Counted from the stretch's first letter, positions 39,993 through 53,664 are shown. The stretch is 64,000 nt of DNA from Octopus vulgaris (GCA_951406725.2 OX597820.1:57722001-57786000), one strand, 5' to 3'. Made by a program: numbers and translations. Notes: generated from the letters alone by a model not told the origin.

Positions 39993-40472
39993 GTAGCCAG
40001 ACCAGTAGGTGTCGCTTCTGACAATCTCTGTTCAAAGGTTTTATTTACCTAGCTTCGGTGGAATACATCCACTTGTTTTCAATAATAGAAATATTAAAAT
40101 TACTAAGTCTCTCTAAAAGAGAACAACGGCAGCGTTCCCGGAAAATAATAGTTATCGCCATACTAATATGGCATTCTTATAAAAATAAGAATAAAGCTGT
40201 CCGCTTATTAGCTCCATGAGGCCATCGCCTTAAGTTAGCTATTTGATACACAAACTGTAAGCGGACAGCTTTATTCTTATTTTTATAAGAATGCCATATT
40301 AGTATGGCGATAACTATTATTTTCCGGGAACGCTGCCGTTGTTCTCTTTTAGAGAGACTTAGTAATTTTAATATTTCTATTATTGAAAACAAGTGGATGT
40401 ATTCCACCGAAGCTAGGTAAATAAAACCTTTGAACAGAGATTGTCAGAAGCGACACCTACTGGTCTGGCTAC

Positions 40473-40514
40473 GCTGCATTGAAAAGGGGCAATACCCCGA
40501 AACGCGTCTGTAGC
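40473..40514 (+). ncRNA. Minimal type I hammerhead, U3-A8 core variant
   Basis: GCTGCA-TTGAAAA-GGGG-CAATA-CCCC-GAAA-CGCG-TC-TGTAGC; palindromic ACGCGT; GUC site ending at 40508. Confidence 0.78.
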
Positions 40515-40740
40515 TGCCGGCCAAGTAGTGTGGAGCGACTGACCTCCCTTGTTCAAAGGTTATATGGATACAGTTTGTGTATCAAATAGCTAACTTAAGG
40601 CGATGGCCTCATGGAGCTAATAAGCGGACAGCTTTATTCTTATTTTCATAAGAATGCCATATTAGTATGGCGATAACTATTATTTTCCGGGAACGCTGCC
40701 GTTGTTCTCTTTTAGAGAGACTTAGTAATTTGAATATTTC

Positions 40741-40801
<61 letters not shown>

Positions 40802-41057
40802 AGCGCGTACATAACCTATAAGAAAGGAGTTCGACTGGTACAGCGGTCTGTGACCCAGGGATCCAAGTAAGCGCTCGTGTTTTTCAGTCACCCGCCGCAA
40901 AATCAGCCCCAAATCTCACATCTGCTTTAAATTTTGTAATGATCCTCTTCCCGTGGTCCGAAAGCAGTCTTGTTTCGTCAAATTTATTACGGAGGCCCTG
41001 TATATGCATGGGTATGTATACATGTACTCGTGTGTGTGTACCTGTGTGTGTGTGTGT

Positions 41058-41096
<39 letters not shown>

Positions 41097-41650
41097 TGTG
41101 TGAGTGAGAGAGAGAGAGAGAGCGTGGCTTTCTGTGTCTTTCGCCGATTTATATTGGCGACAGACATAAAATCCAGCGAAAATCAGTGTTTTACAAACAT
41201 AGGTCCTTGAGATATTTATTCCGCATCGAATTGCAGGTACTTACTTCCTTGTCAGAAATGCTATGAACAAGTGATTAGCCAGAAGACGCCCAATGGTGAT
41301 ACCAAATATGATTAAAGAGAGGTTAATAACCCAGTGCAGTACGACAGAAAAGGAGGTGTCATCTTACCCTGTACTAAGCGGCGGGATTGACAGGATGCGA
41401 ATTTTAGATTTTTTCAACTGCAAAGCAAAAATGCTAACGATTCGACCAGCTGTGTTCTGGCAAGAAATGCTTTCCTTCCACCCATTGGTTCCTGGTTTTA
41501 GCTTGGTAAGTTGAGTCTAAAAGAGATGATGAAATAGTGTAAGTAGTTTCACTTGATCAACTTGAAGTAACTATATCGCTACATATATGTGCATATCTTA
41601 AATCTGGATACACATTTTGTCTCAGTCTCGGCACATTCAGAATAAAGTAG

Positions 41651-41844
41651 AAGTGACTACATCAATATTGTTATTAGATGTTGATCTGTGTGTCCAGCTT
41701 ACGGTCGTGAGGTTGTGAGTTCGATTCCCGGACCAGGCTGCGTGTTGAAGTAACTACATCAATATTGTTATTAGATGTTGATCTGTGCGTCCAGCTTACG
41801 GTCGTGAGGTTGTGAGTTCGATTCCCGGACCAGGCTGCATGTTG
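41651..41844. repeat. 97-bp tandem duplication spanning flank and SINE head
   Basis: 41651-41747 closely matches 41748-41844. Confidence 0.85.
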
Positions 41845-42100
41845 TATTCTTGAGCAAGACACTTTATTTCACGTTGCCCCAGTTAACTCAGCTGTAGAAA
41901 TGAGTTGCGACATTACTGGTGCCAAGATGTATCGGCCTTTGCCTTTCCTTTGGATAACGTCAGTGGTGTGGAATAGGGAGACATGGTATGCATGGGCGAC
42001 TGGTGGCCTTCCATAATCAACCTTGCCCGGACTTGTGCCTGGGAAGGTAACTTTCTAGGTGCAATCCCATGGTCATTCATGACTGAAGGGGGTCTCCCCA
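41690..42100 (+). mobile_element. SINE family C variant
   Basis: Close match to 52353-52676. Confidence 0.8.
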
Positions 42101-42119
42101 TGTTGATCACTACGAGAAT

Positions 42120-42210
<91 letters not shown>

Positions 42211-42699
42211 GTTGAAGTGACAATTTCATTCATATATGAATGAATAAGCATTGAAGAATTGGCGAATTGACCGAAATATTGTAGTAATTAACTAAATACG
42301 TTTTGGCATTTATTTCCTACCCGCGGCCAAATGGCCGAATCATTCGCAGTGATTGTTCCGTCAGTCTGCACTCAGAGTTCGAATGCACTCAGAGGATAAC
42401 TTTGCTTTTCATCATTATGGGGTTGATAAAGAGAATACCAATCCTGTTCTTGACCGATTCTTCTGTACTTCCCCACTTCATTCAGTCTGGAAGAAACCAG
42501 CTTATTCACAACATGAAGAAGGATAGGCTTCTCCATGTTTAAAATTGCCCAAGACAAGTAGTATGCCACAACTGCCCCATTCCCAACGATTTCACCAGGA
42601 GTTAAGGGTTGATGGCATAGGAAGCGATGTGCCATACTTTTCGGGGATCGAATTAATTAGCAGTCTGCTACTCATTAAAAACATTGTTCAAATCTTTTC

Positions 42700-43050
42700 C
42701 TTTGGACCTGTTTCACTCATTGGACTGCTGTCAAACTTGGGTACCGCTTTGAAGGGTACTCATTCTATCGACCTCTTTTGATGAACTACTAAGTTACAGG
42801 GATGCAAACAAGCCAACACCAGTTCTCAAGGAGAGGTGGTGCGGCACAAACAAAAACACAGAGATCTCCTCCTTACACACACACACACACGACGGGCTTA
42901 ATTCACTTTCTGTCTACCAAATCCACTCACAAGGCTTTGGTTGGCCCGAGGCTATTGTAGAAGACGCTTGACCAAGGTGCCATGCAGCAGGACTGAACCC
43001 GGAACCATGTGGTTGGGAAACAAGCTTCTTTCCACACAGCCATACCTGCG
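42700..43050 (-). mobile_element. SINE family B
   Basis: Match to family B. Confidence 0.75.
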
Positions 43051-43055
43051 CATGC

Positions 43056-43128
<73 letters not shown>

Positions 43129-43173
43129 AAGTCAAATTGTGGCTGAGTTCTTGTCGTATCAGTCTATTGACTA

Positions 43174-43392
43174 GGGCGCCGAGCTGGCAGAACCGGTAGC
43201 ACGCCGGGCGGAATGCTTAGCGGTATTTCGTCTGTCTTTACGTTCCGAGTTCAAGTTCCACCGAAGTCAACTTTGCCTTTCATCCTTTCGGGGTCGATAA
43301 ATTAAGTACCAGTTGCGTACTGGGGTTGATCTAATCGACTAGCCCCCACCCCCACCCCGAAAATTTCGGACCTTGTGCCTAGAGTAGAAATG
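43174..43392 (+). mobile_element. SINE family A monomer
   Basis: Head, core and GCCTAGAGTAGAAA tail; ATCAGT(C/A)TA(T/C)TGACT-like duplication on both flanks. Confidence 0.85.
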
Positions 43393-43580
43393 AATATCAG
43401 TATACTGACTGAAACAAGAAGTTGCGTATATCAGTCATGAGAAACGTTTCTCGAGAAGCGGGCCGCATAAGACACAGTTTACCATAAGGCACTACCAAAA
43501 CAAGCAAACAAAAGAAATTCATTGTAAAATTTTGCTTAGGCCCGTGGTTTGCAGTTTGCCTATAAAAGCTCTATATAAAG

Positions 43581-43908
43581 AAGGGGTTCCCAACATATTT
43601 TATCTATAGACCCTCCTGACTACTATTCTATTCTATAGCCATTCAATGTTTAAAACTAGTTTTATAGAAATTTCTTCCAAAATTCCGAATTTATACTTCA
43701 CACATTAACTTGTGTAAGTAAAATGTTAGAGAAAGAAGCCGAGCTGTTTCTTGCAATACATGCCAATACATACATCTAAAGGAAAATTCTTTCAGGGTCT
43801 CTTAAAATGCTATTGTGGGTCCCTAATTTACTATTTCGTTACATGGACCCCACAAAAATCTTATATGAGCCCTCAGGGGCCATATGGACCTCGGTTGAGG
43901 ATCACTGA
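43581..43908. mobile_element. hAT-like MITE
   Basis: Ends AGGGGTTCCCAAC / GTTGAGGATCACTG; internal GGACCC motifs. Confidence 0.5.
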
Positions 43909-44116
43909 TACAGTGATAGATGATCTGAAGATTCATAAATTGAAAGGTAGCAGAGAGAGAGAGGGAAAGGAAGAAAGAAAGAGGGAGGGAGAGAGAGGGA
44001 AATGAAGAACGAAAGAGAGAGAGAGAGAGAGAGAGAGAAAAAGAAAGAAAGAAAGAAAGAAAGAGAGAAAGAGACAGACAGACAGACAGACAGAGAGAGT
44101 TAGTCAGATAGATATA

Positions 44117-44441
44117 CAGGCGCAGGCATGGTTGTGTGCTTAAGAAGCTCATTTTGCAAACCACCTGGTTTCGGTTTAATCTCACTGCAAGGTATCTTGA
44201 GCAAGTGTCTCCTATTGTAGCCCCGAGTCGACTAACACCGCGTGAGTGATTTTGGTAGACAGAAACTGTGTGGAAGCCCGTCGTATATGCATATAACTGT
44301 GTGTGTGTTTGTGCGCGTCTTTGCGTTTGTATTTGTACACCCGCACCATTGCTCGACAACCGGTGTTGATTTGCTTACGTCCCCGTGACTTAGGGTCTTG
44401 ACAAAACCTGCTAATACAATAAGGACCAGACACAAAATATA

Positions 44442-44484
<43 letters not shown>

Positions 44485-44580
44485 ATATTGGAATCAATTA
44501 TCTGTTCGACTAAACCTTTGAAGGTTGTGCCCCAGCATGGCCGCAAGCGTATGACTGAAATAAGTAAAAATAAAAGATAA
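44117..44580 (+). mobile_element. SINE family B, diverged
   Basis: Match to family B; internal (TAAA)n expansion. Confidence 0.75.
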
Positions 44581-44825
44581 AATATTAAAGATAAAAGACA
44601 CACGAAATAGCCAAGCCTACACAATTCGACAGAGCCGACGTCACTGGTGTGACTATTTCCGCCATTTTGAATACGTTTGCCACCGACTCTGCTCAGGCGG
44701 ATGATAACCCTGCACTTCTCTTTATTTCCGTTTTTTTTTTCTTTATTTCAAATTTATTTTACTAACTTCCGTTGAAGAAGAAAAGGCGAAGCTTGTTGTT
44801 TGTAAAGATCCCACGCTGTGTATGT

Positions 44826-44882
<57 letters not shown>

Positions 44883-45403
44883 ACTTAGCGTCGGATGCCT
44901 GAGGGCTAAGCAGCTTACCTGTCACGGAAATGCCCATTAATTAGTGCGTGCTTTGTGCAAGCACTTCAACTCAGCACCTGAATCCGCCCCTTGATCTGCC
45001 AATATTATTCAGTATTTTAAGGAAACAGGTAGGTAGTGTTAAGAAGTCGCAACCAGTGGCTGATTGTATAAGGTGTAAGGTATCTAGCTGGGAGTTAAAA
45101 ATATTCAATGCTTTATTTGAGGACGCAAACTGCAGAAACCTTTAACAGGTGAAAGACTCACGAAATGTACCTCACACATGCACAAACCGCCCGCGTACAC
45201 ACGTATACATTTGAAATGCCATTTCATCAAAGTCTCTCTCCTCATCCCACCTCGGTTTGTCTGGCTCTTGCCCTTTTTTCTTTCTTTCTTTCCCTCTTTA
45301 TTTCTTTCTTTTTTTCTTTCTTCCTCTCACCTATTTCTGTCTGTCAGTCTGTCTCTGTCTGTCAGTCTGTCTCTGTCAGTCTGTCTGTCTGTCTCTGTCT
45401 GTG

Positions 45404-45487
<84 letters not shown>

Positions 45488-45594
45488 TCACACACGCATA
45501 TATATGTATGAATATATATGTGTGTGTGTATTTGTATGTGTGTGTGTTTGCATGTATACACACATATAAATACATATGCAGGTATATATGTATG

Positions 45595-45656
<62 letters not shown>

Positions 45657-45782
45657 TAAATATATCACCGTGATCACCGTGACCGACCAGGCTATCAGAT
45701 GTTGCTATACATCGCTGGTCACAATGCGCTTCGCATTGTTTTAGCCTTTAAATGATGCCACCCCGCTGGCTAAGCGTGCAGG

Positions 45783-45825
<43 letters not shown>

Positions 45826-45828
<3 letters not shown>

Positions 45829-45939
45829 TTAGAGAAAACCACTATTATGTAATTCAAACAATGATAGACATAAACCAAATCATAAAGAAAAATAAAATAT
45901 CATTGTTTGAATTACATAATAGTGGTTTTTCTCTAATTT
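45826..45939. repeat. Short fold-back (~40-bp arms) in (TA)n
   Basis: AATTAGAGAAAACCACTATTATGTAATTCAAACAATGATA and its near reverse complement. Confidence 0.8.
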
Positions 45940-46339
45940 ATATATATGTTATATATTTATATTGTGAAATTTAATTTAATACTAAATCGAATTTTTCCCT
46001 GTAAGTTTGGAGTTATACTCCCTAATATTATATATATATATAAGTTCAGCAAAATTTTAGATTCAGATGAATATGGTACTTAAGTTAAAGGCACCAGAAT
46101 TTGGTATGGTATTACATTTTAAAATTGACGTAATACTTACATTGCTTAATTAAATGAAGTAGCATGAAACGATTGTACTACTCTACCTTCGGATATCCTT
46201 GTTGCTTATTTTGATATATATATATATATATATATCAGAAAAATGGGATTAAAAAAATCCTGGCTGATATCAAGTAAGCACTCAGTATAAAGGAATACAC
46301 ACACACACACACACACACACAATATTATTCAAATTAATA

Positions 46340-47265
46340 ATATGTACGAACATTTATGTCAACATAACATTATCAAGGTAATCCAAATTGGGGAAGTTCT
46401 AACTGAACATCTGGAAAAAATTTTGTTCCCTTTATCCCTTTACTAGTTTCAGTCATTTGACTGTGGTCATGCTGGAGCACCACCTTGAGATCAGTTGTTA
46501 AAAAATGCTAACAAAAAGAAACGCCAGATCAAATTTAACTTTAGACATTCTTTCATTCAATCAAGAGTGACGTCATTGAATAACTAATTTAGTTTATGAA
46601 AATAAAATATAAAATACCATATTGATTCCATATTTTTTGACAGTTTTTATATTTTTCAGGAAAAATAAAAAAATAAAAAATGTGTATACATCGGCAGTTC
46701 AGCCAATACCAGGTTCAAACACATATTTACAGGAACTCTCTTAATTCAAAAAGTCTTATTGCTTAGTTAGCGACTCGACTGGCTTGAACTCCCTCAAGAA
46801 AAACTTAAATGAAACTCAAATCATTCATACACAAGCATAACATTCTCATAAGATATAGGAATGGAGTTCGCCTGAGCATGTTTGTCAGTCAAACGAGGAA
46901 AAATTATCGATCAGAGAATATGAACACAAACGGCCTGTTTTGACATTTCTTCCGTATCTTCTGCAATGGTTTGTTACGAATATCTCAGAAATGACTAGAA
47001 CATCGCATACATTGACGGTGTAAGCAAAACTAGAGTGACAAAAATATACTTCAGCAGACTCCAGGCGGTGTGGAAGTCAGAGCTATCCGCATCCATTTAT
47101 GCCATATTCCACAATGCTTTCGTAGTGTCAATGCTAGTGCCAACATTTTGTATATTAGACTAGACACCCAGAGAAACCCGTCACCTAGACATCAGAACGA
47201 AGAAAATATTAACAACCACTGGTAACTTCCGCATCGACAGCTACATCAATATGCTCTATGTAAAG
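46340..47265 (+). pseudogene. Highly decayed R4/Dong-clade reverse transcriptase fragment
   Basis: DIGMEF near 46851; VWKSELSA..HNAF..PTF.ILD..LDIRTKKILTTTGNF near 47065-47230. Confidence 0.65.
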
Positions 47266-47328
47266 TGTGTGGGGGGGTATAGAGATGGAGGCATAATATC
47301 GGTTCAGACGGCCTTTGTGTGCTGCATC

Positions 47329-47368
<40 letters not shown>

Positions 47369-47749
47369 ATTCCTTATGTTTCCAAGATCAGGTGAGAGTT
47401 TTGACTTACTTGTTAATCTAAGGAAATAAGATGATTTGCTTGTGTGTACACACACGTACGCACACACACGTACTTACACACACACGCATATACACACATA
47501 CACGCACACATAAACAGATAAATTGATTATTAATTGTTAAAAATTAAAGTGACTCAAAGGCCGAGAGTATCGTGTGTTAGCATTTACCAAGCACACGCCA
47601 AGTTGCGCCAAATGTTTTTACCAGATTTTCACGGATGATTTTTGGCAACTTGTTTCGTCATAACATTAATATGATACAACCTGTCCAATTGTCACTGAAT
47701 CGTTTATACACATGACCCTTAATTGCTTTGTTGTTTATTTTACAGTTTT

Positions 47750-48840
47750 GATAAAGAGTGGTGGAAAAATTGCAATTAGAGCCATTTTACACTACCTGTA
47801 GGAAAAGAATTAAAAATAAGCAACTGAGAGCAAAGACAGCGACAAAAACAATTAATGACGCGGAATGTACAGCAACTGTCAACAAAACGTGTTACACAAA
47901 ATCGGCTCAAACGTGTGAAAGAAGTTGACACCAGCCTTGAATACAAACCAAGGTAAGGAAGTTCTCTTACTGTGGAAAATAAGTCATTGCTTGAAATTGT
48001 TGAATAACATCCAAGAAAAAGTACTTGTACACTTTCGGCACAATTTGGTTCTTCACAAAGCATCATCAATAAGCACCTCAAGAAGTTCGGCCTTGTGAAC
48101 AGACAGACGATGTCGAGAGGTTCCTCATAAACTAACCAATGACGTGTGAACATTTGTCAATAACTGTTAACAAATCCCCGAGATGCCCATCTTTGACCTC
48201 AAAACGTACCTGGGGATGAAAAATAGATCTATTTTCGTAATCCTAACAAGAGAAATTGGTAGCTTCGATCTGGCCAGGCTTCAGAACCTCTTGTCAAACA
48301 AGGGCGGTTTGAACAGAGGGCCATGTTGTGCATTTGCTAGAATTTCGAGGAGTATTGCACTTTGATCTTGTCTCAGATGGTTTTTTCTGAATTCTAACCT
48401 TTATGCTCAACAACTGCAGCGAGTTCATGATGCTTTGAAAACCAGTTACTCAGCATTGGTCAATGGAAGGCGTGCACTCTTACATCACGAGAGTGTTCCA
48501 GCACACAATGCCAACGTGACCAAACGTAAACTTGAGAAATTTGAGGAGCTGGCCGAGCCAAAAGTCCAGACATTGCACCATCAGATTACCACTTTTTCCG
48601 AGTCATAGGTTATTTCCTACACGATTGGCAGTTCAACATTGTGGAAGAGGTTGAAAACGGGCGCAGGAAGCTTTTCGCTTCTAAACCAGCCAAATGGTAT
48701 AAGCTTGGAATCGAGCTCCTGGCATAGCAATAGAATATGATAGGTTATAATTTGATGAAAATAAAAAAAAAATGAATTATTATTGTTTGAACCATTAATT
48801 ACCACTCGAAATACGAAAATATTTTTCATTCAACCTGGTA
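47750..48840 (+). mobile_element. Old decayed mariner transposon
   Basis: YAQQLQRVHDAL..ALLHHESVPAHNA and SPDIAPSDYHFFR remnants; TIR-like end TTTTCATTCAACCTGGTA; left boundary uncertain. Confidence 0.7.
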
Positions 48841-48967
48841 CGTACATATCTATCGACGCTCGAAACTCTCGGCTCTGGAGTCACTCTGTTGCTTCAGCCA
48901 ATTAATAATGAAATATATGTATATACCTTTGAGTTCTATTTTCTTGTTTGAATTACCAAACCGAGTC

Positions 48968-49311
<344 letters not shown>

Positions 49312-49832
49312 TGACTAGGTTTGGTGATAAATGTATGTGTGTGCGTGTGCGCACGTGTGTGTGTATAGTTTGCAATGTTCTCAACTGCACAGTAATGAAA
49401 ACAAAAAACACGACAGACATGAGTAAGAGGACACCAAAGGAAAGGTAATCCTCACAGCCATGTTTTTTTTTTATATATTTCCACCGGAATATTGCATAAC
49501 TTTTGATATTTCATTTCCAGCTAAAGATCTAATGCTTGTCGCTAGCGTTACAAGTCGATGGATAGTCAAATATATCATCGCGTTCTGAGCTTCTCTTCTT
49601 CGTTTCTTATATTTGTGTTTATATTCGTTTGCTCTCTTTAGGTTACTTGTCTTGTTTTCTTTTTTGGTTTTCTATTACTATCACTGTTATGTAAACAAAC
49701 ATTTAAGTCTCTTAGGAATGGCACAATATAACGTACTGTTGGGTTGGGCTTCTAAATACATCTACATAAACCCACTTGACGCATTCAGCATATACATAAT
49801 TCATAGATATTATGTGTGTATGTATGTGACTG

Positions 49833-49888
<56 letters not shown>

Positions 49889-49889
49889 A

Positions 49890-50161
49890 AAGAAGCAACA
49901 AGAATGGATAGGTTTTTAGTACAATCGTTTCATACAAGGACAGGCTTTATTAAAAGTTGCAAAAATTACAGCATATAAACGTGTCCCGTACTCATCACCT
50001 AAAATACATGTGAGTTCTCTAGACATGTCTAGAGAACTCACATGTATTTTAGCTGATGAGTACGGGACACGTTTATATGCTGTAATTTTTGCAACTTTTA
50101 ATAAAGCCTGTCCTTGTATGAAACGATTGTACTAAAAACCTATCCATTCTTGTTGCTTCTT
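49890..50161. mobile_element. 272-bp spacerless palindrome in (TA)n carrying a hammerhead
   Basis: Centre AGACA|TGTCT at 50025/50026; only mismatch seen is 49998/50053; unique tail to ~50283. Confidence 0.9.
50047..50137 (+). ncRNA. Type I hammerhead ribozyme, canonical core
   Basis: TTTTAG-CTGATGA-GTACGGGACA..TGTCCTTGTAT-GAAA-CGATTG-TA-CTAAAA; GUA site ending at 50131. Confidence 0.82.
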
Positions 50162-50301
50162 CTCGCTTATAATCACCCCACATTACTGTATTGTTAAAAC
50201 AGTATTGTTTTTGGTGCATCTAAGTTAGGTACCATATTCAAGTAAATTCATTTAAATTAACTTGAATCTTTATTGCTTTTTGTATATATATATATATATA
50301 A

Positions 50302-50447
50302 AAACACATAAGGAAGCCACTCATGGGATTCAACACGCTAGAAAGAACAGCTAGGTTCTATAATCACAAAATTAGGGATACAATTCGACAAGACCTAGCT
50401 GTTCTTTCTAGCGTCTTGAATTCCATGAGTGGATTCCTTATGTGTTT
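50302..50447. repeat. Fold-back (~55-bp arms) in (TA)n
   Basis: AAACACATAAGGAA..GAAAGAACAGCTAGGT versus ACCTAGCTGTTCTTTC..TTCCTTATGTGTTT. Confidence 0.8.
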
Positions 50448-50555
50448 AAATATACACTGTATTTTATGAGTAATACGTAGTCTTTGGACTAAAATTTTAC
50501 GCGCTAGGCCACTAGAAATGAAAATTTCTATTAATTTCCATTTCCCTTCCATATG

Positions 50556-50637
<82 letters not shown>

Positions 50638-51113
50638 GGTAGTTGAATGAATTATCCTAGTATGGATAATTCGGTTAACCGATACCCGGGTAGCAAATTT
50701 ACGAGAGAAAGCACGGTTGAAGCTACATGCCAAGGGCAGAAATCACGAATAAAGGAATTTTGTTAAATCGTCGTTCGACTCCATTCTTTCATTTATATAT
50801 ATATATATATATATGCACATACATATATATATATATATATGTATGTGTCGCCTTTACCTTCGTAACGCGGAGTAGATGAAACAGAGGCGGCTGAAGAAGG
50901 TGAATGTTCCTTGTATTGTATGTCCTGTACTCTATTTTTTCGTTGTTTAAGAAAATGTCCATTTCCTTTGGTTTTGTGTTTATGTTTTCGTTTCTCATTG
51001 TGTTCAACGGTTTTTTGGTGTCCTGTACCCATATATGCATATATATATACATATAGATGTAAGTATGTACATATATGCGTGTATATATGTATATGTTTTA
51101 TTTATTAATTTGT

Positions 51114-51180
<67 letters not shown>

Positions 51181-51694
51181 CTGCGTGTGTATCGTTTAGT
51201 GTAATAACTGTCACATCCTCATGATGGTTTAACGCCAGTGTCTGAGTCGCTGTACACAGCATACACATAGATTTTTGAAGACTGTTTTTTTTCTCTAAAT
51301 GAGTGCTGTTGTCTCTATGTGTAAAGATTTTGTTGATACATGGCGAGACAGCAACGTTTTGCGGCTGTAACGCTGGGATTGCTAACTTCTACTTCCCCGC
51401 CCCCTTGCAATTTCTTTCTAACATTGTGCCGCTTGTGTCACATATGGAGCCTTGTGGCTTAGACAGAGCAAGAAATATTTTGTTGGCTTCGCTGCCATGC
51501 TAGCAAAAGATTACCTGCTCGTGAAATCGTCCCTACCATTTATTTTTGTCGCCATCTTTGTTATTGCTGTTGTTTCTGCCGCCGTTGTTGTTATTGCAGC
51601 TGCTGCTGTCTTCTTCTTCTTCTTCTTCTTCTTCTTCTTCTTCTTCTTCTTCTTCTTCTTCTTCTTCTTCTTCTTCTTCTTCTTCTTCTTCTTC

Positions 51695-52090
51695 CCAATC
51701 AGGACTCACGCCATTAGCCACAAAGAATAATCTCTAATTCGAGCCTACTCTAAGCTACTGAGAATGCGTGTGGCAACTTGAAGATCCACCTACCACACGC
51801 GATAGACTGGCGGTTGCATGGGCGCGAAAGCTACGTTGTTATCCTCATTCCGTAAACGGTGGCTTTTAACGGGTGGAGAGCTGAACCATCTTGGGGTACA
51901 GAGGATTCACAATCTAGACTAGGGTCTGAAACTTTACCTCACCATAGTGGGTTACACCATGGTTCCTCTGCTTTGTGTCAGAAGTAGGAAGAAAGACTGA
52001 GAGAAAGCGCCGGAGCCACGTGGAGCTTAGGTATTTTTGCTAAATAAACACTCACTATGTCTGGTCTGGGAATCGAAACCATTGCGCCTC
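51695..52090 (-). mobile_element. SINE with family D-type head, next to (CTT)n
   Basis: Head segment matches the head of 60017-60330. Confidence 0.55.
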
Positions 52091-52352
52091 TACTGCTGCT
52101 GTTGTTGTTATTGTTGCTTTCGTTGTCGACATCGTTGTTGTTATTGCGGCTGTTGTTGCTGCTGATGTTGTTGCTGTTGCTGCTGCTGTTGTTATTAGTG
52201 CTGTTGCGGTCATTGCTGTTGTTGTAATTGCTGTTGTTGTTGTTGTTGTTGTTGTTTTTGTTGGCGTTCCTGCAATTGCTGCTTCTTCTGCTGCCATTTT
52301 TGCCTGTGTTGGTATTCCCATTGTTAAAAATATTACTTTATTATTGCTGTTG

Positions 52353-52676
52353 TGAAGGCGCATGGCTCAGTGGTTAGAGCATCGAGCTTACGCTCGTGAG
52401 GTTGTGAGCTCGAATCCAGGACCAGGCTGTGTGTTGTGTTCTTGAGCAAGACACTTTATTTCACGTTGCTTCAGTTCACTCAGCTGTAGAAATGAGTTGC
52501 AACATCACTGGTGCCTTTGCCTTTCCCTTGGATAACATCGGTGGCGTGGAGAGGGGAAGCCAGAATGCATGGGCGACTGCTGGTCTTCCATAAACAACCT
52601 TGCCCGGACTTGTGCCTGGGAGGGTAACTTTCTAGGTGCAATCACATGGTCTGTGTCGTGACCGAAGGGGGTCTCA
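52353..52676 (+). mobile_element. SINE family C, full-length
   Basis: A-box TGGCTCAGTGG, B-box GAGCTCGAATCC; flanked by ATTATTGCTGTT duplication. Confidence 0.85.
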
Positions 52677-53024
52677 GATTATTGCTGTTATTTTTGTTGT
52701 TATCATCGTTGTCGTTGTTATTCGCATTCCTGTGCATGCACTACTTCCTACAGCTATCCTTGGCAGCTGTCCTATTAGAATAAAGGGTGTGTAGGAAAGT
52801 AATATGCCGAATTAATTTGGTAGTGGCATGAGTCGTTTCTCTCACTAACTCGTCGCTCAGTCTGATAGAAGGCGTTATTCACTCTATAATTCCAACAGTT
52901 AAAAAAAAAAAGAGATGAGAGCAAATAGAAATAATTTCATAAAAATTATTTCCTCTACGAAGTAGTTTGGTAGTCATCACCTTCACACAGTAAAGCAAAA
53001 GTTCTTATTCGAAGTTTTAACAAA

Positions 53025-53192
53025 GGCGCAGGATGGATGTGTGGCAAGTACCTTGCTTATCAACCACATGGTTCCGGGTTCATTCCCACTGCGTGGCACC
53101 TTGGGCAAGTGTCTTCAACTATAGCCTCGGGCCGACCAATGCCTTGTAAGCGGATTTCGTTGACGGAAACTGAAAGAAGACCGTCGTATATA

Positions 53193-53239
<47 letters not shown>

Positions 53240-53467
53240 GTATGTATTTATGTGTGTGTATATGTTTATGTGTTTGTGATTGTCCCTCCAAAATCGCTTG
53301 ACAACTGATGGTGGTGTGTTTACATCCCCGTAACTTAGCGGTTCGGCAAAAGAGACCGATAGAATAAGTACTAGGCTTACAAAGAATAAGTCCTGGGTCG
53401 ATTTGCTCGACTAAAGCCGGTGCTACAGAATGGCCGCAGCCAAATGACTGAAAAGACTAAAAGAGTA
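53025..53467 (+). mobile_element. SINE family B, full-length
   Basis: Match to family B. Confidence 0.85.
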
Positions 53468-53548
53468 AAACAGTAAAATATGCTTCAACAAATTGTTTTC
53501 GATAAAACTTAACATTAGGGAGTTTATGTCTACCACGATAATAATAAT

Positions 53549-53588
<40 letters not shown>

Positions 53589-53590
53589 GC

Positions 53591-53622
<32 letters not shown>

Positions 53623-53664
53623 CGACGACGATGATGATGATGATGATGATGATGATGTTGATGA

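Larger units (their letters stand above)
39785..40746. mobile_element. Retrozyme-like element: 363-bp tandem monomer, ~1.3 copies antisense plus ~1.3 copies sense, in (TA)n
   Basis: GTTATCGCCATACT recurs at 39788 and 40151; strand switch at 40258/40259; arms nearly identical; one HHR per arm. Confidence 0.85.

Noticed and set aside
50860-50915. GAAAC...CTGAAGAAGG as a hammerhead
   Set aside because: Order and pairing do not fit type I, II or III topology
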